In this document: in pieces, positions 10,257 through 19,082 of the stretch
Numbering within the stretch: position 1 is the first letter of the stretch
How the letters are laid out: each line of letters opens with the position of its first letter
Source: Alphaproteobacteria bacterium
GTDB lineage: Bacteria; Pseudomonadota; Alphaproteobacteria; Rs-D84; CACZYB01
DNA length: 64,000 nucleotides
Reading direction: 5' to 3'
Assembly (NCBI GenBank): GCA_017938435.1
Contig: JAGBBO010000006.1
Coordinates: forward strand, 8,945-72,944
Notes under the pieces: generated by a model
Databases searched by the model: none
The model's input: the letters and a program-made list of their open reading frames with translations, nothing else
What the model was told of the DNA's origin: nothing
Position numbers and translations under genes: made by a program

Positions 10257-10559
10257 CAGGAAAAGTTATCCGGATCATTGATACGGTCGGGCGAGTTCGC
10301 AAATCATGACTATAGAAAATGACTTCTAAGGCTTTTAGAATTTGCAATAAATTCCTGTTGTATAACCTTAGCTCCCCAACCAAACAGTTGAGGAAATAGC
10401 CGTCGCTATTTTCAAGAACGAAAACAGCAACTAACGATGCTATTACATCGCTATAGTCTTTAGAGCCTGCGAAAGCCCCGCATCATACTGATGCCGATAT
10501 AACCTTTGCTATATCAAGAAAAAGTATAATTGATATTAGGAAAATTGTAAAGTGAAATA
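10257..10559. ncRNA. Candidate structured non-coding RNA of unknown class in a GC-enriched 400-nt intergenic region with no ORF
   Basis: Local GC is about 45% against about 30% genome-wide. Several stable stem-loops are present (gcatca-tac-tgatgc, gcctgcGAAAgc, gatata...tatatc). No ORF of 60 aa or more. Identity not established. Confidence 0.3.
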
Positions 10560-11756
10560 TTACAAATAATCACTTTTTGAACTAATTAACATATCACTAT
10601 GAACATAACAACATTCAATCAAGCCAAATCCTAAAAGTAATGTCATCATAGCAGTTCCACCATAAGATAAAAGTGGAGATGGAACACCAACAACAGGAAG
10701 AAGCCCCATAACCATTGCCGTGTTTATAAAAAAGTAAATAAAAAAGTTTGCAGCCAGTCCCAAAGTCAAAAGTTTTCCAAAATTATTCCTACTTACGAAT
10801 GCGACACGATAACATTGCCATAAAACTGCAATAATAAGTGCAAAAAGACAAAGACAACCAAACATTCCAAATTCTTCGGCAAACATAGTGAAAATAAAAT
10901 CAGTCTGTTTTTCAGGCAAGAAATTTAGATGACTTTGCGATCCATTCAAATATCCTTTTCCCCAAAATCCACCAGAACCTAATGTTATTTTTGATTGTGT
11001 AATATGATAACCGGAACCCATAATATCCTTTTCTGGATTCATAAAAATAATAATCCTTTGTTTTTGATAATCGTGAAGGCCATAACTCCATATAACAGGA
11101 AAAGATAATAAGACAACAAGTAAAACTGCACCAAATTTCCATATTTGGACGCCAGCTATGAAAAATACTATTGCTGATACCAAAACAAGTGTCATTGCAG
11201 TTCCAAGATCAGGTTGTTGAAGCACAAGTCCAACAGGAAGCAATACTAAAAATGCTGGAAATAAAAGGTAATAATTACTCTGAATTTCATTTATACTTAG
11301 TGCTGCAAAATATTTTGCCAATGCAAGGACAAGTGCAATTTTCATAAGTTCAGATGGTTGTATTTTTATAAATCCAATATTAAGCCATCTTTGTGCTCCC
11401 ATACCAACATGGCCAAAAAACATAACACATACCAAAAGGAAAACTGATACACCATAAATCCAATATGCATACTTAACCCAAACTTTTAAATCAATAACTG
11501 CGACAACAAATAAAATACAAAAACCTATTAAAATTTTTGGAATTTGTGAAAGTGCCCATGGTGTCCAACTTCCATAACTTATCAAGCATTTATACGCATC
11601 AGGACATTCCGCTTTTCCTGCACTATATAAAATCATAATACCTACACAACATACACATAGGATAAGAAATACCAATTTCCAATTCAAACATAAAAACTTT
11701 GAAAAGATATTCATTCTATCACTTTTTTTCATAACGGAATAGTCAAGCATTTTCAT
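10560..11756 (-). CDS. rodA: Peptidoglycan glycosyltransferase RodA (SEDS family)
   Basis: FtsW/RodA/SpoVE motifs (...GSGGFWGKGYLNGSQSHLNFLPEKQTDFIF...) in a polytopic membrane protein immediately downstream of mrdA. Confidence 0.85.
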   Translation of the reverse strand: MKMLDYSVMKKSDRMNIFSKFLCLNWKLVFLILCVCCVGIMILYSAGKAECPDAYKCLISYGSWTPWALSQIPKILIGFCILFVVAVIDLKVWVKYAYWIYGVSVFLLVCVMFFGHVGMGAQRWLNIGFIKIQPSELMKIALVLALAKYFAALSINEIQSNYYLLFPAFLVLLPVGLVLQQPDLGTAMTLVLVSAIVFFIAGVQIWKFGAVLLVVLLSFPVIWSYGLHDYQKQRIIIFMNPEKDIMGSGYHITQSKITLGSGGFWGKGYLNGSQSHLNFLPEKQTDFIFTMFAEEFGMFGCLCLFALIIAVLWQCYRVAFVSRNNFGKLLTLGLAANFFIYFFINTAMVMGLLPVVGVPSPLLSYGGTAMMTLLLGFGLIECCYVHSDMLISSKSDYL

Positions 11757-11761
11757 CCTCC

Positions 11762-13591
11762 CTATAAATAAAGTTCCAAAGTTTTCATCATTAAATCACG
11801 AGCAATAGGAGCCGCAGCACCAGAACCAGACATTCCGTGTTCAACCACAACACTTACTGCATATCGTGGATTTTTGTATGGAGCATATCCAACAAACAAA
11901 GCATGGTTTCTATATTTCCATGGCAAATCTTCTTGTCTTATAACACCCCTTGCTCGCTCTTCACGGGTAATTCGTTTAACCTGTGTAGTTCCAGTTTTTC
12001 CAGCCATATGATTCCCCTTAAAATCAAAATATGCAGTTTTTCCAGTTCCATTTGGTTTATTCACAACTGAAAACATACCTTTCTTTATCATATTAAGATG
12101 ATGAGGATCAATATTCATTGATGGAAAAATTATATTTGCATCGTTTTTATTTTTTATAATTCTTGGCTTTACTGCAAAACCACCATTTGCAATTCGTGAA
12201 GTCATTACTGCAAGTTGCAATGGTGTTACCAAAGTATATCCCTGTCCAATAGATGCAGTAATAGTATCACCAGTATACCAAGCCTCACTTTTGTAATTTC
12301 GTTTCCATTCACGACCAGGAACTTGACCTTTTTTTTCATTTGCAAGTTCAATTCCCGTATAATCACCAAGTCCAAATTTGTATGCCATATCTTGGATAAC
12401 ATCCATACTTACCTTTGTTGCCAAAGTATAATAGAAAATATCGCATGAATGAAGAAGTGATTGTTCCAAATTCAAAAATCCATGTCCCGCAGTATTCCAA
12501 CAATGGTATCGGCCATCACCATAATCCATATGTCCAGCACAATTTATTTTCGTATTAGCATTAAGTTTACCATCAGCAAGTGCAGCCAATGCCGTCATCA
12601 TTTTGAATGTTGATCCAGGGGAATAAAGACCTTCAATAGCCTTATTTATAAATGGATGACGCGGATTTGTGAAAAGTTTTTCAAATTCCTTTGATGAAAC
12701 ATCCTCATCCAAAAAAATATTTGGATTATATGATGGAACAGAAATCATCATCAAAATATCACCATTATATATATCCATCACAACGGCACTTGCACTTTCA
12801 TCTTTTATCCTGTTATATGCATATTCCTGTAATCGTTTATCAATAGTAAGATTTATTCTAGTTCCAGGAATCGCCTTTTTCTTTTTATCATCCAAAGTTT
12901 CAATAACACGACCAGTTGCATTTACGACCTGAATACTTTCACCGACTTCACCACGAAGTTCCTTATCCATCAATTTTTCAATACCAGCCTTTCCTGTTTT
13001 AAAGTCAGGTAATTGCAAAATAGGTGATGGATCAGATTTTAATTCTTGTTCGGTCACATCAGAAACATAACCTATAACATGTGCAGCAATTTCATCAAAT
13101 GGATAAAAACGGCGTTTCCCCTCTTCCACATAGACACCTGTAAAATCCAGATTGTTAACCTGAATTTTTGCCATTTCATTCCAACCAAGATTGTTTTTTA
13201 TAAATACTGGGAAAAATGCACGTTTTCTTTTTACATTTTTAAGGACTTTTTCTTTTTCCTTTTCTGTTAATGGAATAAGTTCAGAAATACGATTTAAAAT
13301 TTCATCTACAGTCAAACCTTGTGCTGTGACTTCTTCTGGAATCATTTGAATACCATAACTATTTACATTTACAGCAAGTTCAACACCGAATCTATCAGCG
13401 ATAATGCCACGAGGAGGAGGTAAAAGTTTTATCCTAACACTGTTTTTTTCAGAAAGTTTTTTATATTTTTCACTATCTAAAATTTGAAGTTGGTAAAGAC
13501 GCCCTGCCAAAATAGAAAAAAGGAAAAGTTCGCCTCCTGCAACAAGAAGCGCACGACGATTGAAAACCTTAATCAATTCAGCATCACGCAT
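11762..13591 (-). CDS. mrdA: Penicillin-binding protein 2 (peptidoglycan D,D-transpeptidase MrdA)
   Basis: Transpeptidase motifs (SPGSTFK-like ...YSPGSTFK..., SxN, KTG(T): ...AGKTGTTQ...). Gene order is mreC-mreD-mrdA-rodA. Confidence 0.9.
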   Translation of the reverse strand: MRDAELIKVFNRRALLVAGGELFLFSILAGRLYQLQILDSEKYKKLSEKNSVRIKLLPPPRGIIADRFGVELAVNVNSYGIQMIPEEVTAQGLTVDEILNRISELIPLTEKEKEKVLKNVKRKRAFFPVFIKNNLGWNEMAKIQVNNLDFTGVYVEEGKRRFYPFDEIAAHVIGYVSDVTEQELKSDPSPILQLPDFKTGKAGIEKLMDKELRGEVGESIQVVNATGRVIETLDDKKKKAIPGTRINLTIDKRLQEYAYNRIKDESASAVVMDIYNGDILMMISVPSYNPNIFLDEDVSSKEFEKLFTNPRHPFINKAIEGLYSPGSTFKMMTALAALADGKLNANTKINCAGHMDYGDGRYHCWNTAGHGFLNLEQSLLHSCDIFYYTLATKVSMDVIQDMAYKFGLGDYTGIELANEKKGQVPGREWKRNYKSEAWYTGDTITASIGQGYTLVTPLQLAVMTSRIANGGFAVKPRIIKNKNDANIIFPSMNIDPHHLNMIKKGMFSVVNKPNGTGKTAYFDFKGNHMAGKTGTTQVKRITREERARGVIRQEDLPWKYRNHALFVGYAPYKNPRYAVSVVVEHGMSGSGAAAPIARDLMMKTLELYL

Positions 13592-14111
13592 TGTATTTAC
13601 TTACCACCCTTTCATAAATTTGATTTAATGGCCAATAAAATATTGGATAACAAAGAATTAAAACAGCCCAACTTAACAATATATTAAAGAAATTTATATT
13701 TTCGATAAACATACTGGATATAACAAAATATTTTAATAAAATAAGCACAAGTGTAGAAATGCAAAATGCCAAATATGAAAATGAAAAAGACTCATCAAGT
13801 GGGAAAAATTTTTGGTAAAATACAACAAAATATATGCTTAAGAAAATAAACATATTAAAACCAAATTGAGTCCCATCCAAAAAATCTTGGATAAAACCAA
13901 AAAGCATAACAAAAATAAAATCAAAACATTTTACCTTTTTCATACCCCAAAAAAATATTGGAATAAGGACAAGTGTTGCCTTTACATTATAAACAGGAAT
14001 AAATACAAACGAAAGAACAAGTATAAAAAAACTACTTAACCAAGGAAGTTGCTTGGATAAAAAGGATTTAAGCCATTTATACTTGCTTTTACGAACCAAA
14101 TTGAACCTCAC
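13584..14111 (-). CDS. mreD: Rod shape-determining protein MreD
   Basis: Small polytopic membrane protein between mreC and mrdA, overlapping both. Confidence 0.6.
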   Translation of the reverse strand: MRFNLVRKSKYKWLKSFLSKQLPWLSSFFILVLSFVFIPVYNVKATLVLIPIFFWGMKKVKCFDFIFVMLFGFIQDFLDGTQFGFNMFIFLSIYFVVFYQKFFPLDESFSFSYLAFCISTLVLILLKYFVISSMFIENINFFNILLSWAVLILCYPIFYWPLNQIYERVVSKYNA

Positions 14112-15064
14112 TCTGATATATTAGTTTCTATAAGAAAATTTTTTATCCCATCAGTATGAGATGTTTTGATTACCTTTATATAATCAATGTTTGATTTATG
14201 AACAAAAGGTTGAATAATAATGCCGTTATCTTCACTTATGCTACCAATAATACCAACAGGAATTCCTGCTGGTAAATTACCACCCATTCCAGATGTAACA
14301 ACGACATCACCTATTTGAACAGGTTCCTGATTTTCAAAATGCACAACTTGTGGATAATCAGTATTATCACCAATAAGAAATGCACGCGTTTTTGTTCTTT
14401 CAATTTGAACTGGGATTTTTGAATTTGCATCAGAAATAAGTATCATTCTTGAGTAATTTGTTCCAACAGAATTTATTTGACCAACCAAATATCCATCGAC
14501 AAGAACACCTTGGTATTTTTTAACGCCTTCTTTTGCACCTGCATCAACCAAAAACGAGTGAGTAAAACCAGAACCAGAAGAACCCAAAACTCTTGTAGAA
14601 AGAAGATAATTAACTGCATTTGTTTTAAAGTTATTTAATTTTCGAAGTTCCTGATTTTCGACTTCTATTTGTTTGAAATAGTTAAGTTGTTCCTTTAATT
14701 TTGAAATTTCAGTTCTAAGTTCGTGATTTCTTGCATCTACATCACGAAAATTTTTTACATCAACAATAAACGATCCGACAAGGTATATTGGATAAGAAAT
14801 GACCTTTACAAATGGCGACATAACATCGGCGACAACGCCACTTGTCCTATTTAAAATAACATTGTCCGGTTTTCCAATGAATATAAGGATAAATGAAAAG
14901 ACAATAAACATTATGACAAAAATCTTTCGCACAAGTTTTTTTATCATTTGTATTTTTACTGCTTTTGATGTACTTAACTTATTCAAAATGGCCCCCATAT
15001 TCAATGCCTTATATTTATAGCACTGTAATTTTAAAGAGTCATCATTTTTTTTCACTTTTATCAA
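14108..15064 (-). CDS. mreC: Rod shape-determining protein MreC
   Basis: N-terminal transmembrane segment, coiled-coil segment (ELRTEISKLKEQLNYFKQIEVENQELRKL), and C-terminal beta domain with ...VVTSGMGGNLPAGIPVGII... Confidence 0.8.
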   Translation of the reverse strand: MIKVKKNDDSLKLQCYKYKALNMGAILNKLSTSKAVKIQMIKKLVRKIFVIMFIVFSFILIFIGKPDNVILNRTSGVVADVMSPFVKVISYPIYLVGSFIVDVKNFRDVDARNHELRTEISKLKEQLNYFKQIEVENQELRKLNNFKTNAVNYLLSTRVLGSSGSGFTHSFLVDAGAKEGVKKYQGVLVDGYLVGQINSVGTNYSRMILISDANSKIPVQIERTKTRAFLIGDNTDYPQVVHFENQEPVQIGDVVVTSGMGGNLPAGIPVGIIGSISEDNGIIIQPFVHKSNIDYIKVIKTSHTDGIKNFLIETNISE

Positions 15065-15105
15065 AAATTTAGTTCTTTACAAATAGCAAAAAAATTTATA
15101 ACATT

Positions 15106-16119
15106 TTGGAAAATATGAAAAAAGTAGAACGAAAACATAAAAATATCAAGATTGTGCCAACAAAAAAGCCTAATTTGTTGGCTGGATTTTGGCATTTTCT
15201 TATTCATCAGTTGGATGTAAGGTGGAATTTTTTATCAAGAAAATTTCTTAAATCTGAATTTATCCCTGTTTATATTGCTATACTTATATTCATAATTATT
15301 GCGATTATATCTGGAACTATGGTGTTTTATGATACTAATTCTCACATTACATCATACAGAAAAATGCAACAATTATTCCTTGATTCAGGGTATGATTTGG
15401 AAAAAATAAGAAACAAAGAAATGGATGTTCCTCGAATTTTTATAAAATCTTTGCCTGATGATTTTAATATGATAGAATCGCCAAAGGAAAAAAAGGATTT
15501 ATTTATAAAATTCCTTTTACCTCTTATTTTAAAGAAAAACGAAGAATTAAAAATTAGTCGTGAAAAATTATTGAAAATACAGGAAAAAATTGAACAAAAT
15601 AAAAAATTATCTGATTATGATAAATCTTTTTTAGATTATGTTCAGCAAGAATATAAAACGGAAACTGGTGATATAAAGGATATACTTGTAAAACTTGATG
15701 AAATTTCTGTTTCTATGGCATTGGGGCAAGCTATACAAGAAACAGGATGGGGAGAATCTAGATTTTTAATAAAAGGAAATTCTATATTTGCAGAATGGAC
15801 TTGGGGTGGCGAAGGTATGCTTCCTAGGGCAAGAAAAATTGGACTTATTCATAGAATAAAGACATTCCCTACCCTTTATGATTCAGTAAGTAGTTATGCA
15901 AATAACCTTAATAGAACCAGATATTATGCTGGGTTTAGAAGAATGAGAGCAAGACTTCGTGAACAAGGGAAGCCTTTGTTTGGACGCTGGTTGATGAGCT
16001 CTATGGTTCACTATTCTACGGAAAAAGACAGGTATATTCTTGATGTAAAAAGAATAATTAGGGATAATCATCTTGATGATTTTAATGAGGTGAAATTACA
16101 ACCGGATACTTCACCTTGA
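15106..16119 (+). CDS. Glucosaminidase-domain protein (Bax/FlgJ-like peptidoglycan hydrolase), membrane-anchored
   Basis: ...SVSMALGQAIQETGWGESRFLIKGNSIFAEWTW... matches the mannosyl-glycoprotein endo-beta-N-acetylglucosaminidase (Bax-like) motif. One N-terminal transmembrane segment. Confidence 0.6.
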   Translation: MENMKKVERKHKNIKIVPTKKPNLLAGFWHFLIHQLDVRWNFLSRKFLKSEFIPVYIAILIFIIIAIISGTMVFYDTNSHITSYRKMQQLFLDSGYDLEKIRNKEMDVPRIFIKSLPDDFNMIESPKEKKDLFIKFLLPLILKKNEELKISREKLLKIQEKIEQNKKLSDYDKSFLDYVQQEYKTETGDIKDILVKLDEISVSMALGQAIQETGWGESRFLIKGNSIFAEWTWGGEGMLPRARKIGLIHRIKTFPTLYDSVSSYANNLNRTRYYAGFRRMRARLREQGKPLFGRWLMSSMVHYSTEKDRYILDVKRIIRDNHLDDFNEVKLQPDTSP

Positions 16120-16138
16120 AAAAAAATGGGAGATAAAT

Positions 16139-17860
16139 ATGTTTAAATCACGACAAAATAAAAAGCGAAAATTAGTATCTATTATTGTTCCTGCATACAA
16201 CTGTGCGAAAAGTATATCTAAAACTTTGGACAGTTTGCTTGCACAAACATATAAAAATATTGAAATAGTTTGTATAAATGATGGTTCAAAAGATTCAACA
16301 TTTTCTATCCTTTATGATTACAAAAAAAGTGATAAAAGGGTCAAAATTTATAATAACAAACAAAATATGGGAATTGCATATACAAGAAACCGTGGCGTAG
16401 AACTTGCTCATGGCGACTATATTATGTGGTGTGATGCTGATGATTGGTATGAAAAAAATATGGTCGAAGAAATGGTTATTCCAATGGAAATGGACTATAT
16501 CGACTTTGCGATGTGTGAAACAAATGTCGTGCATGATGAAAATTTAACAGAACGACTTTTGCTTGAAAATTTTAAATTTATTATTCAAATTCCAGACAAT
16601 GAATTACAATATGTATCATACAAAACTTTTTTGGAAATGTCTTGTGTCCTTTGGAACAAAATTTTCAGAAAAAGTATTATTGATAAATATAAAATAAGGT
16701 GTGCCAATACAAAATATGCCGAAGATGAAAATTTCCTTTTTAAATATTTGGCTATGTCGAAACATTATTATTGTGTTCATGAAAAACTTTATAACTATTT
16801 AAGAAATGAAAGCGGAATTACAGGTGGAAGACTTGCTAAAAAAAGTAGCGACACCCTTTCTGCTATTGAAGATGTAGAAGATTTTATACACAAATATAAA
16901 ATAAAAGATTATTACAATATTGCAGAAAATATTTCCAATAATAAAAAGGAATATTATGCAACTTTGTTAGATAAATCTATGAATCTAGAAGTTCTTGGAT
17001 TGAATAGTTTAGTAAAAAATATTGAAACTAGTTTACCAAAAGATTTTCATATATTTTATGCTGTAGATAATAGTTGTATTGAACCTTTTATTGTATCAAT
17101 AACTTCTGTTGTAAATAATGCAAATAATAATGAAGTTTTACATTTTCATATTATATATCGTGAACTTGATAATATAAAAATATTGAAAAATGAACTTTCA
17201 TTTAAAAAACATACTGTGGAATTTATTCAACTTTCGAAAAAACAAATTTCAAGATTAGGCGATTTTAAAAATGATATTTCAACATATAAATATTTCATAC
17301 CTGAAATTGCTAATGAATTGGATAAATGTCTTTATTTGGATTGTGATACAGTGGTTTTATCATCTCTTGATGAGCTATATAAAACAAAACTTTTGAAATC
17401 GTATATGGCAGTGGTTGAATCTGCTATAGATAGTGAGAAAAAATCTGAAAAAGTTAATTTGTTAAATATTCCAAACTATTTTGATTGTGGTGTTATTCTT
17501 ATGAATCTTAAATTGATACGAGAAGACGACCTTGCAAACAAATGGATTGTTGCAAGAAAAAATATTTACAAATATTTAGAAAACCCTGATTGCGATGTAG
17601 TAAATCTTATTGTAAATAACATATTTACTATGTTGAAACCTCAATATAATCTTCAAACTGAAATTTTTGAAAATCCAAAACCATTTTGGTGTTATACAAC
17701 AGAAGAAAAAGAATTTGCAAAAAATAATCCTGTAATTATTCATTATTCCGGAAAAAATAAACCTTGGAATTCTGTTTCATCACATTTATGGAAGGATATT
17801 TATTTTAAATATTTAAAATTGGCACCGAAAAAACACTTATGCTATTGGAAAAATGTATAA
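16139..17860 (+). CDS. Bifunctional glycosyltransferase: N-terminal GT2 (GT-A, SpsA-like) plus C-terminal GT8 (LgtC/RfaJ-like)
   Basis: GT2: SIIVPAYN...CINDGSKD...YIMWCDADD. GT8: LDCDTVV (DxD), YFDCGVILMNL, DCDVVN, IHYSGKNKPW. Paralog of 32315-34162. Confidence 0.8.
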   Translation: MFKSRQNKKRKLVSIIVPAYNCAKSISKTLDSLLAQTYKNIEIVCINDGSKDSTFSILYDYKKSDKRVKIYNNKQNMGIAYTRNRGVELAHGDYIMWCDADDWYEKNMVEEMVIPMEMDYIDFAMCETNVVHDENLTERLLLENFKFIIQIPDNELQYVSYKTFLEMSCVLWNKIFRKSIIDKYKIRCANTKYAEDENFLFKYLAMSKHYYCVHEKLYNYLRNESGITGGRLAKKSSDTLSAIEDVEDFIHKYKIKDYYNIAENISNNKKEYYATLLDKSMNLEVLGLNSLVKNIETSLPKDFHIFYAVDNSCIEPFIVSITSVVNNANNNEVLHFHIIYRELDNIKILKNELSFKKHTVEFIQLSKKQISRLGDFKNDISTYKYFIPEIANELDKCLYLDCDTVVLSSLDELYKTKLLKSYMAVVESAIDSEKKSEKVNLLNIPNYFDCGVILMNLKLIREDDLANKWIVARKNIYKYLENPDCDVVNLIVNNIFTMLKPQYNLQTEIFENPKPFWCYTTEEKEFAKNNPVIIHYSGKNKPWNSVSSHLWKDIYFKYLKLAPKKHLCYWKNV

Positions 17861-17864
17861 AAAA

Positions 17865-17893
17865 AATCCCCACCTAAACGATGGGGAATTTTT
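17865..17893. terminator. Bidirectional rho-independent terminator (aatcccca-cctaaacga-tggggaatt + T-run)
   Basis: Hairpin with A-run upstream and T-run downstream, between convergent genes. Confidence 0.7.
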
Positions 17894-17906
17894 ATACAAA
17901 GAAATT

Positions 17907-18518
17907 TTATTCAATACAACAATTAACTGCTTTTTTAACAGCTTCTTTTAATTTTGAAATTTTAGTTGTTTTCTTTTCTTCTTTTGAAATAGATTTCGAA
18001 GATTTTACATCTTGGTTTGCAATTTTAATATTTGAAAGATGTTCTTCGATTTCCTTAACATCTATACCTGCATCCTTTACCCATTCAACATCCTTTAAAT
18101 TTATTGCATTCGTATTTAAACCCCAGAAAAGGCAATAAAGTTCGTATGCTTTATCAAATAAATCGTATGCCTCTTTTGTATTACCCATAGATTGTTGTTT
18201 GGTTCCAACTTCCATCAAACGATATGCAGCACCAAGCAAGTGTTTTGAAATACACCAAACTTCACCTTCGTATGCTTTTATCATTTTTTGCATCAATGTT
18301 TTACGCATATCGCGAATCTCTTCAATTAAATCATAGAACGAAGTCTTTCCAGTTTTTGCACCTGAAAAAATCAGATGTTCTTCGATAGAAATTAAGTTCA
18401 TAATTGCAATAGATAAATCCTGATCGGATGATAAATCCTTTGGATTAACTTTTTTCATATTATCAATTTTTTCAACAAATGCTTTTAAACTTTTTTCTCT
18501 TTTATTATCCTTTTTCAT
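17907..18518 (-). CDS. Hypothetical protein, 203 aa, with a Lys-rich C-terminal tail ending ...NCCIE
   Basis: ORF 12 nt downstream of an unknown membrane-protein gene, in an apparent operon with the Mur-ligase fusion gene. Confidence 0.4.
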   Translation of the reverse strand: MKKDNKREKSLKAFVEKIDNMKKVNPKDLSSDQDLSIAIMNLISIEEHLIFSGAKTGKTSFYDLIEEIRDMRKTLMQKMIKAYEGEVWCISKHLLGAAYRLMEVGTKQQSMGNTKEAYDLFDKAYELYCLFWGLNTNAINLKDVEWVKDAGIDVKEIEEHLSNIKIANQDVKSSKSISKEEKKTTKISKLKEAVKKAVNCCIE

Positions 18519-18530
18519 TACTCTTTCCTC

Positions 18531-19016
18531 CTATGGTAAATAATTAAAAATTATTGATGTTACAAGTAAAAATACAACAGCCATTACAACCTTTTCAAAT
18601 GGAAAATGTGCATGACCTCCATTTGCGGTTTTCATTTTTTGGTAAATAAACTGAGAAAGCCAAAATGCAAAAGCACCAGAAATCATACTTATCAAAAAGG
18701 CATCAATACCAAAAAATGTATCAAATTTATACTGAACAAAATTATACATAACTGGAACAAGACATAATGTCATCAATCCCCAAAAAAGTTTATAAAACTT
18801 AAAGGTCCATTTTTTATACTCAACAAATTTAATTGTAAAGTAATATGTCATCAAAAGAAGTCCACCAATCCAAACGCCAGTTGCATTATCTGATATTCCC
18901 AAAGCCCTTGAGATACCAAGGAATGCACCCATAGCAACAGTGCAAACTGCACATGCCGGATTTGCCCTTGCAACAGATGGAATTAACATAGATATCAAAA
19001 ATAATAATTTAACCAT
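18531..19016 (-). CDS. Hypothetical integral membrane protein, 161 aa, 4-5 transmembrane segments
   Basis: Hydrophobic segments throughout. Immediately downstream of the Mur-ligase fusion on the same strand. Confidence 0.4.
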   Translation of the reverse strand: MVKLLFLISMLIPSVARANPACAVCTVAMGAFLGISRALGISDNATGVWIGGLLLMTYYFTIKFVEYKKWTFKFYKLFWGLMTLCLVPVMYNFVQYKFDTFFGIDAFLISMISGAFAFWLSQFIYQKMKTANGGHAHFPFEKVVMAVVFLLVTSIIFNYLP

Positions 19017-19082
19017 TTTTACCTTTCCTTATATAAATTCAATATATAACAATTTTATATATGACTGTAAAATTGTCAAGTT

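Noticed and set aside
10381-10460. Attempt to read a tmRNA tag peptide in the GC-rich intergenic region (ATNDAITSL* or KNENSN*)
   Set aside because: No frame gives a tag ending in the usual hydrophobic A/V/L-A-A. No GGAUUCGAC 5' motif or GGUUCGAUUCC T-arm was found. The tmRNA assignment is therefore not supported by eye and the region is left as an unassigned structured RNA candidate.
17907-18518. C-terminal ...CCIE as a eukaryotic CaaX prenylation motif (effector mimicry)
   Set aside because: X = Glu is not a canonical farnesyl- or geranylgeranyl-transferase specificity residue, and the a1 position is Cys. This is too weak to call, so it is mentioned only as a low-priority idea.
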